DNA of 34,488 nucleotides from an uncultured Myxococcales bacterium (GCA_964463485.1 CAYXDO010000117.1:1-34488); one strand, 5' to 3'; shown: positions 15,262 to 24,864, counted from the first letter of the stretch. Notes: generated by a model from the sequence alone, not told the origin. Numbers and translations are program-made.

Positions 15262-16728
15262 ATGATGGGCAGAGTGGCGCGTCGCGTCCCTCATCGCTCT
15301 TCGACGACTTGGACTCGGCGGGAAATCCGGGTTGGTCTCGTCCGCGAAGCTCTTCTGGTCGCGACCTTCAGCTGCGTGTCTCCGATCGAGGTGCCGGACG
15401 CGCCTTGGACCGAGGGCGATCGAACGGTGCTGACGGTGCTGGACGACGGTGAGGATCCGCTCGCGGTGCTCGGGGGGCCGTCGTTTCGATTTGCCTATCG
15501 GCAGGTCAAGGCGAAGCCGTTCGAGTCGTGGGTGCTGAGTTGGCGCTGCGACTCTCCTGGAGCGCTTGGCTTGGCCGTCGATCAATCGGCGAGGTTGGTG
15601 CCAACCAAGGTGAGACCGCCAGACAGAGCGTTGCGGCTCACGGACGTCGAGGGCGAGCCCCGTTGGGAAGAGTCGACGGAGGTCGATGAGGCGATCTTGG
15701 AGCGGGTCGGGTTGGAGCTCGTGGGCGATCGCGGCTGCGCTCGTATGTCGATGGAGGTGCTGGCCGAGCCCATTCCGCGCGAAGAGGTGGCGTTTGCGGC
15801 GGAGACGCCTTCGGGTGACGTCCTGTTCGGGTCTCCAGGGCTCGGCATCTATCGAGTCTACGAGCAGGGGACGCCGACGCGGCTGACGGTGACTGCGACA
15901 ACTTCGGTCGAGCCGCTTGCGGGGTTCGTGACGGAGTCCGAGCGCTTGTTCGTCTATTCGCAAGGAGGGGCGCTCTTCGAGGGATCGCTGAACGGAGACT
16001 TTCGGTGGGTGGCTTCGAACTCCGACTGGGTGAGTTGTGCGAAGAAAGCCAACATCGGGCGTCGGGTCAGTCTGGTGGGTTCACCGAGCGGGGACGAGCT
16101 CTTGGTGGCCGCCGACGACGGGGGGGTCGCGCGATTCTCCGGAGCATTGGGTTCTTGGGAGAGAATCGTGCCTCCCGAGCCCGTTCGAGAGGGCGAAAAG
16201 TGCGCGTTCGAAGGAGCCACCGCGCTGTGGTTGGGACCGCTGCGAGGGATCGTAGTTCGAGACGACACCTCCACGATTCTGGCGCTCGAGGGTGGCACGG
16301 TGACGAGGGTCGAGCTCGACGACATCATCACTGCGTTGTGGCGGATGGACGCCGATTCGACTCTGGTGGGGACTCAGTTCGGACACGTGTGGCATTTGAG
16401 TGACAGCGGGGCAATGGACCGGTGGGTCGAGCGCACGCGGATCGGCTCCTACGTGAGTGATTTCGTGCCGTGGGACCCTGGTTTTCTGCTCAAGGGCCAA
16501 AACGAGCTCGTGCAAGTCGTCCGAAAGGACAACGCCCTGCTGCGTTGTGAGGAGCCGGCATTCCCTGGAGTCATTGGTACTCGGTTCAGTCGGAGAGTGG
16601 GTAGGGGCCTGGTCCTGCTTCCTTACTACGGGAGCTCGGGAAGGAATCCCATTCAACGGCTCCATCCGCGGGAGACCGAGGACTGCGAGCCCTACCTGAC
16701 TTGGGTCGGCGTCAATTCGAGGGAGTGA
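15262..16728 (+). CDS. Hypothetical protein, possibly exported
   Basis: The long ORF has consistent GC3-rich coding. The ORF track starts at GTG 15178, inside repeat copy B, so the first in-frame ATG-ATG (15262) was preferred. No recognised motifs. The 3' end overlaps the convergent gene by 17 bp. Confidence 0.5.
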   Translation: MMGRVARRVPHRSSTTWTRREIRVGLVREALLVATFSCVSPIEVPDAPWTEGDRTVLTVLDDGEDPLAVLGGPSFRFAYRQVKAKPFESWVLSWRCDSPGALGLAVDQSARLVPTKVRPPDRALRLTDVEGEPRWEESTEVDEAILERVGLELVGDRGCARMSMEVLAEPIPREEVAFAAETPSGDVLFGSPGLGIYRVYEQGTPTRLTVTATTSVEPLAGFVTESERLFVYSQGGALFEGSLNGDFRWVASNSDWVSCAKKANIGRRVSLVGSPSGDELLVAADDGGVARFSGALGSWERIVPPEPVREGEKCAFEGATALWLGPLRGIVVRDDTSTILALEGGTVTRVELDDIITALWRMDADSTLVGTQFGHVWHLSDSGAMDRWVERTRIGSYVSDFVPWDPGFLLKGQNELVQVVRKDNALLRCEEPAFPGVIGTRFSRRVGRGLVLLPYYGSSGRNPIQRLHPRETEDCEPYLTWVGVNSRE

Positions 16729-18550
16729 GCGTGCAGGTGACATGACCGGGGGAGTCTGGTCGGGGCGCGGCGGCGAGCTCGGCGCCCTCCGCGCAGGTCC
16801 AGCTTCGAGCGCGCAGACGGATCAGGACGCTCCCGCAATCGGGCCCGGTGATTTCGAGGGACTCGCCGGCCGGGTCGAGCTCCGCGTCGGCGGGGAGCTC
16901 GAGGAAGCTCATGACCTTGTCGCTCAGGATGTTCCGCGAGAGCTCGAAGCGGAGCGGCTCGGCGGCTGGCGTTAGACCGGGGACCGCGAGGATCGCGACC
17001 GTGCATGGGCGGGCGTGAGCGATCAAGAGCGGTCCGGCATCCAAGTCGAGTTGGTAGTGACGCTCGCTGAGCTTGTCTCTCACCGCTCTCGAAGCTGGGT
17101 ACAAGATGAGATCTTCGAAGCTGCGTCCCCAGATGGTGAGCCACTCGAGTCGCTCCTCGAGCGGTGGACACCCAGGAATATTTTCCTGACAATCCATCCC
17201 GCGGTAGGCGTTGCGCGGCGGGTGTGGCCCGAACAGTTTTCTGGGGGAGTCGACGAACAGGAGGGAGTCGGCGACGGGCCACTCGGCGAATAGGTACGGG
17301 CTCACGCCGCCCTGCGCGAGCAGGTAATAGTGCCCGAAATTGAGGGCGGGCTCGACATAGGGAAGGGGAGCGTCGATTCTCGAGAGCAGGATCGGAAGTC
17401 GCGGACCCTTTCTGTGAATCGGCGCTTCGAGCCCTGCGAAGGCGGGTCCGAGCTCACGATTCAGCCGAACGCCGAGGGTGGTCGCATAGACCAGGGCCAC
17501 GACCGAACACAAGAGCGAAAGGACCGAATGGACTCGAGCGAGTTTCTTGGGCGCGCCCACGGTCGGCAGGACGAGTAAGGCGAGCAGGGAGAGGCGTGGG
17601 GCGAAGAATGTCCAGAGCGCATTTCCCATGGGAAGGTCGAAAGGCGAGACGAGGAAGAGGAAGAGGGCGCTGATTCCGTAGGCGCCGAGTCCCCGCCCGC
17701 CGGGGTGAGGAGGAGTCGCCGTCCCTTTTCGACGCAGGGCGAGGGCTCCTAGCAGCGCCGGCGTGAGGAGGAAGAGCGCGAGCCAACGCGGGGCGCCAGC
17801 AGCAGTGTCGACCAAATCGCCGAAACGAAGGAGGATGGGTTTGAAATAGGTGGCCTTGGTCTCAGGCCCGCCTGGCCACGGGTGGTCCCCGTACAGAAGG
17901 ACCGAGCTGGCCACGTGCGCGACGGTCGGCAGACCCATCAGCGCGAGGAGGGCCAGGTCGCGGATCTTTCGGCGGCTCGTCGAGACGGTCACGGCGGCCA
18001 AAGCGAGCCCAAGCAGGGCGGCTGAGGTGACGTGAACGAAGGAAACGACCAGCACCCCGAGCGACACGGCCAGCGACGAGACCCACGAGGCTCGGGGCCT
18101 CACTGCATAGCCCAGAACCCAGAGTGAGAGTCCGGTCGCGAACGCAAAGTCAAAAAAACCCATGTACATCGACCACGGGATCGCCAACGAGAACCCATAA
18201 GTCATCGAGAGTGACCAGCCGTGCAACGCGTGGGACAAGTAGGCATAGCCGAGCGCGATGGAGAGCGAGATCAGAAAGAGAGTCACTGCCGACCCTAGCT
18301 TCCAACCAAACAACTCATCCAGGGGCAGACAGAGCATGTGAAAGCCCAGGTAAGTCGGTGGACCGCCCGGACGCAGAAACTCGCCGTAACCGAGGCTTCG
18401 ATCGCTCAGATGATTCGCCATGTGACAGTTGGCGACGTGATGGGGTCCGTCATGGGACGGAAAGATCGGATTGACCACGAAGACGGCTCCGAGGCCGATC
18501 GTGAGCGCGACGAGTACGATCGCAAGTGACTTGGGAAGCGGTTCCGCCAT
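16712..18550 (-). CDS. Polytopic integral membrane protein (more than 10 TM helices) with a C-terminal soluble domain; function unknown
   Basis: Multiple hydrophobic helices (LAIVLVALTIGLGAVFVV, AVTLFLISLSIALGYAYL, WVSSLAVSLGVLVVSFVHV, ISALFLFLVSPF...). The ORF track starts at GTG 18592, which lies inside repeat copy C. The ATG at 18550 (MAEPLPKSLAIVLV...) was preferred. Confidence 0.6.
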   Translation of the reverse strand: MAEPLPKSLAIVLVALTIGLGAVFVVNPIFPSHDGPHHVANCHMANHLSDRSLGYGEFLRPGGPPTYLGFHMLCLPLDELFGWKLGSAVTLFLISLSIALGYAYLSHALHGWSLSMTYGFSLAIPWSMYMGFFDFAFATGLSLWVLGYAVRPRASWVSSLAVSLGVLVVSFVHVTSAALLGLALAAVTVSTSRRKIRDLALLALMGLPTVAHVASSVLLYGDHPWPGGPETKATYFKPILLRFGDLVDTAAGAPRWLALFLLTPALLGALALRRKGTATPPHPGGRGLGAYGISALFLFLVSPFDLPMGNALWTFFAPRLSLLALLVLPTVGAPKKLARVHSVLSLLCSVVALVYATTLGVRLNRELGPAFAGLEAPIHRKGPRLPILLSRIDAPLPYVEPALNFGHYYLLAQGGVSPYLFAEWPVADSLLFVDSPRKLFGPHPPRNAYRGMDCQENIPGCPPLEERLEWLTIWGRSFEDLILYPASRAVRDKLSERHYQLDLDAGPLLIAHARPCTVAILAVPGLTPAAEPLRFELSRNILSDKVMSFLELPADAELDPAGESLEITGPDCGSVLIRLRARSWTCAEGAELAAAPRPDSPGHVTCTLTPSN

Positions 18551-18585
18551 GGGCGTGCGAAGCCGCGCGATTGTACTGTCGACGA

Positions 18586-18690
18586 AGGACACAAAGAACT
18601 CCTCATTCCATCATCTTTGTGCTTGGGCTACCGCTCTGTGGTCTCTGTGGTCTCTGTGGTTTCTCCCGTGGTCACGAGCTTGGCGGGACG
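18586..18690. repeat. Interspersed imperfect-palindromic repeat, copy C (right half conserved, left arm shortened)
   Basis: ctcattccatcatctttgtgcttgggctaccgctctgtggtctctgtggtctctgtggtttctcccgtggtcacgagcttggcgggac matches the right half of copy A (ctcattccatcatctgtgtgctctgtgggcctcggctctgtgctctctgtggtttctcccgcggtcacgaatttgcgggg). Confidence 0.65.
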
Positions 18691-18783
18691 TGTATTTGGC
18701 GATGAATCGGGCACGGGCGCGGGCACGCCATGAGTCTCGGCGCGACGTTGGGTCCAGATTGGGGCTCGACACGGACGGCTTAC

Positions 18784-21330
18784 ATGGGGAACACTTCAGG
18801 CGTGCGACCGTTTCTTCCTCTTGCTCTCTGCTCAGCGATCGGGTGCACCTCCGAGGAAGAGGTGAAGCCGCGCTTGCCGCTCGATGAAGTCTTGCCCGAG
18901 GCGGTCGCGAGGGCTGGGATCGTCGCGACGCCGAGCGAGCTTCTCACCGGAGACACCGCCAAGGGCCGTATCGGCGATCTGAAGATCTACAATAGCAAGG
19001 TCGCATTCATCGTTGGTCGAGCCGGGGATGGTCGTGGGTACGTGCCCTACGGAGGTGGAGTGATCGATGCCGACCTGGTGCGGGCGGTCGGAGAGCCCGG
19101 GCGTTCTACGTTCGGCGAGATCGTCACCACGCTCGACTTGGCCGTGCTGCACCCTCAGACCGTGGAGGTCGTCGCCGACGGATCCGGCGGGGGTCCGGCG
19201 GTCGTGCGGGCGACCGGGCGTGAGGACGCGTTTCCGTTGTTCTCAGTGATGTTGGCTTCGCTGTTCGGCGTGCAGAAGCACGAGCTGGTCTGGAGCGTCG
19301 ACTACATCCTCGAGCCCGGAGCTCAGGCGCTGAAGATCGAGCACACGTTGCAGAACGTCGGGAGTGAGAACATCGAGATCGGGCTGGTGCTGAATGGGTA
19401 CATGTTCGGCGACGGCGCCCGTCCGTTCTTGCCTGGCTATGGGTTTTCGTTTCCGGCCACCGGAGTCGTCGTGGACTACTTTGCGGCGATCGCCGACGAA
19501 GTGAGTTATCTGACGGGGGACTTGTCGGAGGAGCTCTCTTTCATCGTGACTCAGTCGGGGATCTCGATGGCCGGATCGCGCGGACCGATTCGGATCCGAC
19601 CCATCGAGAAGGTGACGTTCTCTCAAGTCATCATCGTCGGAGATGGAGATGTCGCCAAGGGGCAGTCGATCTGGCGCGCGCTCCAGGGCCCGAACGGGGC
19701 GGTCGCGAAGGTCGAGGGTCGAGTGTCGACCTCCGACGGAGCGAGCGTCGCGGGAGCGATCGTCCATGCGATCGAAGTCAGCCCGCGCAAGGAAGGCGTG
19801 GACTACGCGTCTCAGACGAGGAGCGCTCCCGACGGCTCGTATGCGATGAGCTTGCCGCACGGAGAGTATTCGCTGGTCGCGACCGCGTCGGGCTATCCGC
19901 CAAGCGAGGCCAAGCCGGTGAGTGTCTCGGCGGGCGCGACCGTGGACTTCCAGATCGGTTCGCCCGGGACCATCGAGTATTCGATCAAGGACGCGGCCGG
20001 CGCGCCCTTACCGGCGAAGATCTCGGTTCGCGCGGGTGTGGGCGCAGAGCGTCTACCTTCGAGATACGGGATCCGCGGGGAGCCGAGCGGTGTGCTCTTT
20101 ACCGAGTATGCCATCACGGGCAGCGGCACAATTTTGCTCCCGGAAGGTGAGTATGAGGTCATCGTCTCTCGTGGTCTCGAATACGAGATCCACGAAGAGC
20201 GGGTCCGAGTCGAGCCCGGAGGATCTCACGCGCTCGCTGCGATCTTGCCGCGGGTCGTCGACACGACGGGGTGGATGTCGACCGATACTCACATTCACTC
20301 GCAGCTCTCGCCCGACAGTCCCGACCTCTTCAGCTTCAAGGTCAAGGCGATGGTCGTCGAGGGCTTGGAGCTCCCGATTTCGACCGAGCACGAGGCGATC
20401 GGCGACTTCAATCCGGCGATCGAGGCGCTCGGGCTCGGGGCGTGGATGAAGGGTGTGATCGGCAGCGAGGTCACGACCTATGCTTACGGGCATTTCAACG
20501 CATGGCCGCTGTTGCTCGACCCGGAGCTCCCAGGAAATGGCCGCATCGAGTGGTATTTCAAGAAGCCGGCGGAGACCTTCGCGCTGATTCGAGCCCGTGA
20601 CCAACCGGTCTTGCAGGTGAACCATCCGCGGTCGCCTTCGATCGGTGGATATTTCTCGGCGATGGGTTTGGCTGCGGGGCGGCTCGAGGTGACCAGGACC
20701 GATCAATGGTCTGACGACTTCGATTTGATCGAGGTGGCGAATGGGTGTCCGGTGAGCTCGATCGAGTCAGAGACGATGCCCGACTGGTTTGCGTTCCTCG
20801 ACGCGGGGATGGCCAAGTTCGCGGCGGGATCGACGGACAGCCACAAGGCGTCCACGGGAGAGATGGGGATCCCGAGAACCTACGTGCGGATGGGCTCGGA
20901 CGATCCGAGAGCCGCGTCGCTCGACGTGTTCAAAGCGGCGACGCGCGCGGGCAAGCAGTTCGTGACGTGTGGGCCGTTCGTCGAGATTTCGGTCGGGAGT
21001 GCGGGGATGGGAGAGGTTGCGAAGCTCACCGGGGACCTGGTCGAGGTGAAGGTGAAGGTGCAAGCGCCGAGCTGGGTGGATGTGGACGAGGTCGAGCTCG
21101 TCGGGCGTGGGGGTGTGGTGGTCAAGCGTGCAGGCGTGCAGGCCTCTACGAATGTGCTCCGTTTCGAGGGTACGCTGACGGCGTCGGTGTCTCCGGGTCG
21201 GGATGGGTGGGTGATCGCGCGGGTTCGTGGGGATCGCCGGCATGAGGTGTTCGCGCGAGGGAGCTCTTCGTATGCGTTCACCAATCCGGTGTTGTTGGAT
21301 GGAGACGGCGACGGGAAGTTCGGAAGGTGA
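18784..21330 (+). CDS. Lipoprotein with a carboxypeptidase-regulatory-like beta-sandwich domain and a PHP/CehA-like metal-dependent hydrolase domain
   Basis: The ORF starts at 18730; the second ATG at 18784 gives MGNTSGVRPFLPLALCSAIGC (lipobox). CarbopepD_reg-like region: GRVSTSDGASVAGAIVHAIEV...DGSYAMSLPHGEYSLVATASGY. Metal-binding-like motif STDTHIHSQLSPDS and histidine/aspartate clusters typical of PHP/CehA hydrolases. The domain assignment is from motifs only. Confidence 0.55.
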   Translation: MGNTSGVRPFLPLALCSAIGCTSEEEVKPRLPLDEVLPEAVARAGIVATPSELLTGDTAKGRIGDLKIYNSKVAFIVGRAGDGRGYVPYGGGVIDADLVRAVGEPGRSTFGEIVTTLDLAVLHPQTVEVVADGSGGGPAVVRATGREDAFPLFSVMLASLFGVQKHELVWSVDYILEPGAQALKIEHTLQNVGSENIEIGLVLNGYMFGDGARPFLPGYGFSFPATGVVVDYFAAIADEVSYLTGDLSEELSFIVTQSGISMAGSRGPIRIRPIEKVTFSQVIIVGDGDVAKGQSIWRALQGPNGAVAKVEGRVSTSDGASVAGAIVHAIEVSPRKEGVDYASQTRSAPDGSYAMSLPHGEYSLVATASGYPPSEAKPVSVSAGATVDFQIGSPGTIEYSIKDAAGAPLPAKISVRAGVGAERLPSRYGIRGEPSGVLFTEYAITGSGTILLPEGEYEVIVSRGLEYEIHEERVRVEPGGSHALAAILPRVVDTTGWMSTDTHIHSQLSPDSPDLFSFKVKAMVVEGLELPISTEHEAIGDFNPAIEALGLGAWMKGVIGSEVTTYAYGHFNAWPLLLDPELPGNGRIEWYFKKPAETFALIRARDQPVLQVNHPRSPSIGGYFSAMGLAAGRLEVTRTDQWSDDFDLIEVANGCPVSSIESETMPDWFAFLDAGMAKFAAGSTDSHKASTGEMGIPRTYVRMGSDDPRAASLDVFKAATRAGKQFVTCGPFVEISVGSAGMGEVAKLTGDLVEVKVKVQAPSWVDVDEVELVGRGGVVVKRAGVQASTNVLRFEGTLTASVSPGRDGWVIARVRGDRRHEVFARGSSSYAFTNPVLLDGDGDGKFGR

Positions 21331-21378
21331 CTCGTCTCGATACTCGGTGCGCTTCGTGACGTAGGCCGCAGGTGTTTC

Positions 21379-22644
21379 TTGTCAGCGTGCGTCGTGTTTG
21401 CTACCGCCGCCGCGATGTCTTTTTCTCATTGGCTCCCCAGACCTCTCGCTGCCGGAGCGCTTTCTGCGTTGCTCGCAGGTTGCCCATCGGCCGAGAAGCC
21501 GGTTGCTCAGGATTCCGGCGTCGCGGCGGCGGCGGCTGCTGCGGACGAGGAGATCGTGCTTCCCAAGATCGAGGGGCCGGTCGCTCGGGTGAACGGGAAG
21601 GACGTTCCGCCGGACAAGTTTCTGCATGAGTACGAGCAGGCGTTGAGACGATACAAGAACGCCAAGCGGCCGGTGACGCCGGCCTTCGACTCGACGTTGA
21701 GGGCGAACATTCTCCGCCGGCTGATCGAGGCGCAGGTCGTGATGCAGAAGGCCGAGGAGCTGGGGGTGAAGCTGGACGACGCCGAGCTCGAGAAGGAGTG
21801 GTCGACCTTCAAGGCTCGATACGGTACGCCGGAGGCCTTCAAGGGCTTTTTGGAGCGGGCCGTTGCGACGGAGGCAGACCTGCGGGAGCAGCATCGATAC
21901 ACGACGATCCGAGGGCGGCTGTTCACCGCGGTGTCTTCCGACGTGACGGTTGAACCGGCGGAGGTCCAGGCTGAGTTCGAGGCCAACAAGATTCGCTTCA
22001 AGACACCGGAGCGAGTCAAGGTGAGCCATATCTTTCTTCGCGCGCCGAAAAGCCTCCCGCCCGACATGATGAAGGAGCGGAAGAAGCTCGCGGACGAGGT
22101 TTCCAAGCGGGCCAAGAAGCCCGGAGCTGATTTCGCTCAGCTCGCGACCGAAGTGAGTGAAGACGACGCGAAGGCTCGCGGAGGAGATCTCGGCTTCGTG
22201 ACTCGAGGGGCGATGCCGAAGCCTTTCGAAGAGGTCGCGTTCAAGCTCGGCGCGGGTCAAATTGGGATTGCGGAGACGGATTTAGGCATACACATCATCA
22301 AAGTCACCTCCCACGAGCCGGAGAAGCAGCAGAGCTTCAACGACGTGAAGGAGCAAATCGAGACGACGCTCAAGCTTCGCCGGCAAAATCAGAAGAAGAC
22401 CGAGACGCAGCGTCAGTGGATGGATGCGGCGAAGATCGAGTGGATCTTGATGCCGGAGCCCAAGGAGCCCCAGATGCCGATGCCTCCTGGGATCGGGGCG
22501 CCGCAGCCAGCGGCCGCGGCGCAAATCCAACGCGCCATGCAGGCTTCGGACAAGAAGCCGCTCGAGAAAATGGCGGTCCCCGCGCTCAAAGCCACGCCAG
22601 CAGGGCCGATCCCTCCGAACGCCGCGCCCGCGCCCCAGCATTGA
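21379..22644 (+). CDS. SurA/PrsA-like peptidyl-prolyl cis-trans isomerase (parvulin/PpiC domain) lipoprotein
   Basis: Lipoprotein signal ...ALSALLAGC. SurA-N-like chaperone region. Parvulin domain VKVSHIFLRAP...ADFAQLATEVSEDDAKARGGDLGFVTRGAMPKPFEEVAFKLGAGQIGIAETDLGIHIIKV. Pro/Ala-rich C-terminal tail. Start is among several in-frame Met codons (21379 or 21415). Confidence 0.8.
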   Translation: MSACVVFATAAAMSFSHWLPRPLAAGALSALLAGCPSAEKPVAQDSGVAAAAAAADEEIVLPKIEGPVARVNGKDVPPDKFLHEYEQALRRYKNAKRPVTPAFDSTLRANILRRLIEAQVVMQKAEELGVKLDDAELEKEWSTFKARYGTPEAFKGFLERAVATEADLREQHRYTTIRGRLFTAVSSDVTVEPAEVQAEFEANKIRFKTPERVKVSHIFLRAPKSLPPDMMKERKKLADEVSKRAKKPGADFAQLATEVSEDDAKARGGDLGFVTRGAMPKPFEEVAFKLGAGQIGIAETDLGIHIIKVTSHEPEKQQSFNDVKEQIETTLKLRRQNQKKTETQRQWMDAAKIEWILMPEPKEPQMPMPPGIGAPQPAAAAQIQRAMQASDKKPLEKMAVPALKATPAGPIPPNAAPAPQH

Positions 22645-22677
22645 CCGGTCGCTGAGAAAGTCGATTTCTCCGACCGC

Positions 22678-22786
22678 GACGGGCACGGGCACCACGTCCG
22701 TTCACCGAGCAGGATCGACACCGGGCACAGGCACGGACGGGCACGGGCACGGGCACGGACGGGCACGGGCACGGGCACGGGCACGG
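22678..22786. repeat. Microsatellite (GGGCAC)n with GGACGG variants
   Basis: gacgggcacgggcacc...gggcacggacgggcacgggcacgggcacggacgggcacgggcacgggcacgggcacggcatg, read directly. It lies in the convergent intergenic region between the parvulin gene and the amidohydrolase gene. Confidence 0.85.
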
Positions 22787-22819
22787 CATGAGCTTCCGAG
22801 CCTTTTCAGCCTGTTAGCG

Positions 22820-22900
22820 ATGATTCGGACTTTCGACTCGGACTTCCGACTGATTCCGATTCCGATTCCCGGACTGACTGACTAACTGACTAACTGACTT
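22820..22900. repeat. Low-complexity tract: gact/gattcc repeats ending in ctgactaa-type units that place stop codons in every forward frame
   Basis: tgattcggactttcgactcggacttccgactgattccgattccgattcccggactgactgactaactgactaactgactt. The amidohydrolase stop codon (TAA, minus strand) is within its last bases. Confidence 0.6.
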
Positions 22901-24005
22901 ACCGAACGGCCCCGGCCGTGGAGCTGGTTGGCGTGCCGAACAGGGCGATCGCATTCTCTCGATATACTCTATTCAGGACTTCGTCGGGGAGCTCTATTCC
23001 TTGCATGGGTTTTCGGCTCTGGATTGGAGTAACACTTGGAATTTGAGAGTCATCGGTCTCGAAGTAGCGCCAGTGACCTCTGAAGAACGGTGCGACTTCT
23101 TCTCTTCGGTTGGGTTCTTTTCCCGTCGATCCCAACATCAGCCCGTCGTGGCCCACGCCGAGGTCGGTCGCAAAGAGGATCCGGTCCTTGTGTCTCAGGA
23201 ACACGCGACGCACGAGCTTGGCTTCGTGTTTGCCGAGCTCGGGGAGTCGGGCGGCGACGTCGGCGTACAAGTTTGGGTGCTGATCCAACATTCGCCCAAC
23301 CCACTCTGGATCTTCGGCGTTGTTACCGAAGTGAACGGCGACGAAGCGAGTTTTCGGATGTTTCGCGACGACTCTCATCAGCGCGGCCAGCAGCTCGTCG
23401 AAGCTCGGCAGTCCTGGGACTCCGGCGTTGGACCAACCAGGGTGGGCGCGGAGCTCCTCGATGCGTTCGTTTTTCTCGTTCATGGGTAGCCAGAACGCTT
23501 TGGGGTCGGCGGTATGAATGACGACGGGGAGGCCCGTTTCTCCGGCGGCCTGCCAAATGGGGTCGAGCCAGGGATCGTCGACGCGGAGGAGCGATCCGTC
23601 GGGTTTGGGTACGCCCAAACCGAGCGCTTTTTCGATTTTGAGCGCGCGGGCGCCGAGCCTCTTGGCTTCCATGACCAGGCCCGCGCAGATGTTGGGGAAG
23701 TCGGTCGACTCGGCGGCGAGGCCCCACGGCAGCGTCGTGGCGACGAGGACGCGACCGGTGGCGTTGGCTGCTTCGAGTTGTTTTTCGAGGGGGCCGCCGG
23801 GCCAACGTCCGGAGAGGTTGAGTGCGTATCGGACTCCGACTTCGTCCATGATTTCGATGAGGGCAGGGATGCCGCGCGGTGCGGTGTGGACGTGGCTATC
23901 GAACACCCCGGAGGATCGGGCGGCGGGGACGTACTGGTCGTTCCGTTGGGCCTTCGGGCAGGCGGCGAGCAGGACCGCGAGGGAAGCAGCGAGGGCGCGC
24001 ACCAA
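22899..24005 (-). CDS. Amidohydrolase-2 (TIM-barrel metal-dependent hydrolase) family lipoprotein
   Basis: Metal-binding HxH (VFDSHVHTAP); later conserved HTADPKAFW, VAVHFGNNAEDP and FATDLGVGHD. The ORF extends to 24155, but the TTG at 24005 gives a clean lipoprotein signal (MVRALAASLAVLLAAC) and avoids overlap with the divergent gene. The start is uncertain. Confidence 0.65.
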   Translation of the reverse strand: MVRALAASLAVLLAACPKAQRNDQYVPAARSSGVFDSHVHTAPRGIPALIEIMDEVGVRYALNLSGRWPGGPLEKQLEAANATGRVLVATTLPWGLAAESTDFPNICAGLVMEAKRLGARALKIEKALGLGVPKPDGSLLRVDDPWLDPIWQAAGETGLPVVIHTADPKAFWLPMNEKNERIEELRAHPGWSNAGVPGLPSFDELLAALMRVVAKHPKTRFVAVHFGNNAEDPEWVGRMLDQHPNLYADVAARLPELGKHEAKLVRRVFLRHKDRILFATDLGVGHDGLMLGSTGKEPNRREEVAPFFRGHWRYFETDDSQIPSVTPIQSRKPMQGIELPDEVLNRVYRENAIALFGTPTSSTAGAVR

Positions 24006-24024
24006 TCCGTGGTACACGGGCGCG

Positions 24025-24747
24025 GTGGCCCGGACAACGGCTGCGCCTGGCGTCGTTTTCGTTCTCGCCTTTCCGTCGTGTGCCGCCTCGATCGATTTGG
24101 AGCAGCACACGCGTATCGTGGCGGACGAACGAGCCACTTGTGATCGCCAGACCAAGGCGCTCGACGCGGCGCGGGTGGCCGCGGAGCGTGAGCGCGATGA
24201 GCTCCTCGGGGCGAAGGACCGGGACGCGCTCGATGCCGCCGGGCGCGTGGACGCGTTGACGACCGCGCTCGCGGAGCGAGACCGCCGATTTCGTCAAGGC
24301 CCGATGGAAGGCGCTCCACCAGGACCGAGCGGGCTCTTGGCGGCCCGGGCACGATTCACCGCGAGCGGCATAGCGGCGGAGCTCCGCGGCGCGGCGCTCG
24401 TGGCGACCATCTCGGCCGATGCGCTTTTTGGGAGCCCTGGGGGCACGCGGCTCACCCACGAAGGCCGCAGAGCCGTATTGGCTTGGGTCGAGCTCGTGGG
24501 CCTCGATTCCGGCTTGTGCATCGAGGTCCACGTTCATTCCGATGATGCCGCGGTCGAGGACGCAAAGGAGAGCTTCGAGCTCACGGGTCGGCGTGCGTTG
24601 GAGATCATTGGAGCTCTGCTCGATTCTGGATGGCCTCCGTCGCGGGTGACGATGGCGGCGCACGGACGTTATCAGCCCAAGGATGTTGCGGCTTCGGAAG
24701 CCGCGCGACAGAGCAATCGCCGCGTGGAGTTGTGGATCGAGAGCTAG
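24025..24747 (+). CDS. OmpA/MotB-family peptidoglycan-associated protein with an N-terminal coiled coil
   Basis: C-terminal OmpA-like domain (…CIEVHVHSDDAAVEDAKESFELTGRRALEIIGALLDSGW…AHGRYQPKDVAASEAARQSNRRVELWIES). The preceding region is rich in A/E/R/D heptads. Candidate starts are GTG 24025 (MARTTAAPGVVFVLAFPSC, signal-like), TTG 24097 and GTG 24118. The ORF track's extension to 23518 is antisense to the amidohydrolase and was rejected. Confidence 0.6.
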   Translation: MARTTAAPGVVFVLAFPSCAASIDLEQHTRIVADERATCDRQTKALDAARVAAERERDELLGAKDRDALDAAGRVDALTTALAERDRRFRQGPMEGAPPGPSGLLAARARFTASGIAAELRGAALVATISADALFGSPGGTRLTHEGRRAVLAWVELVGLDSGLCIEVHVHSDDAAVEDAKESFELTGRRALEIIGALLDSGWPPSRVTMAAHGRYQPKDVAASEAARQSNRRVELWIES

Positions 24748-24864
24748 CGAGCGCTGCGGAGATCGGCGACCTGTTCGGTGCTCCAGAGTGTTACCGAAAC
24801 TCCCGATACCGGGCTTTCGGACAGTACGATGGGACGAGATTTGTCCGATCAGAAGGTCGTCCGG

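Noticed and set aside
22413-22789. Minus-strand ORFs encoding PVPVPV/ARARAR repeats
   Set aside because: These are translations of the (GGGCAC)n microsatellite on the opposite strand, in an intergenic location.
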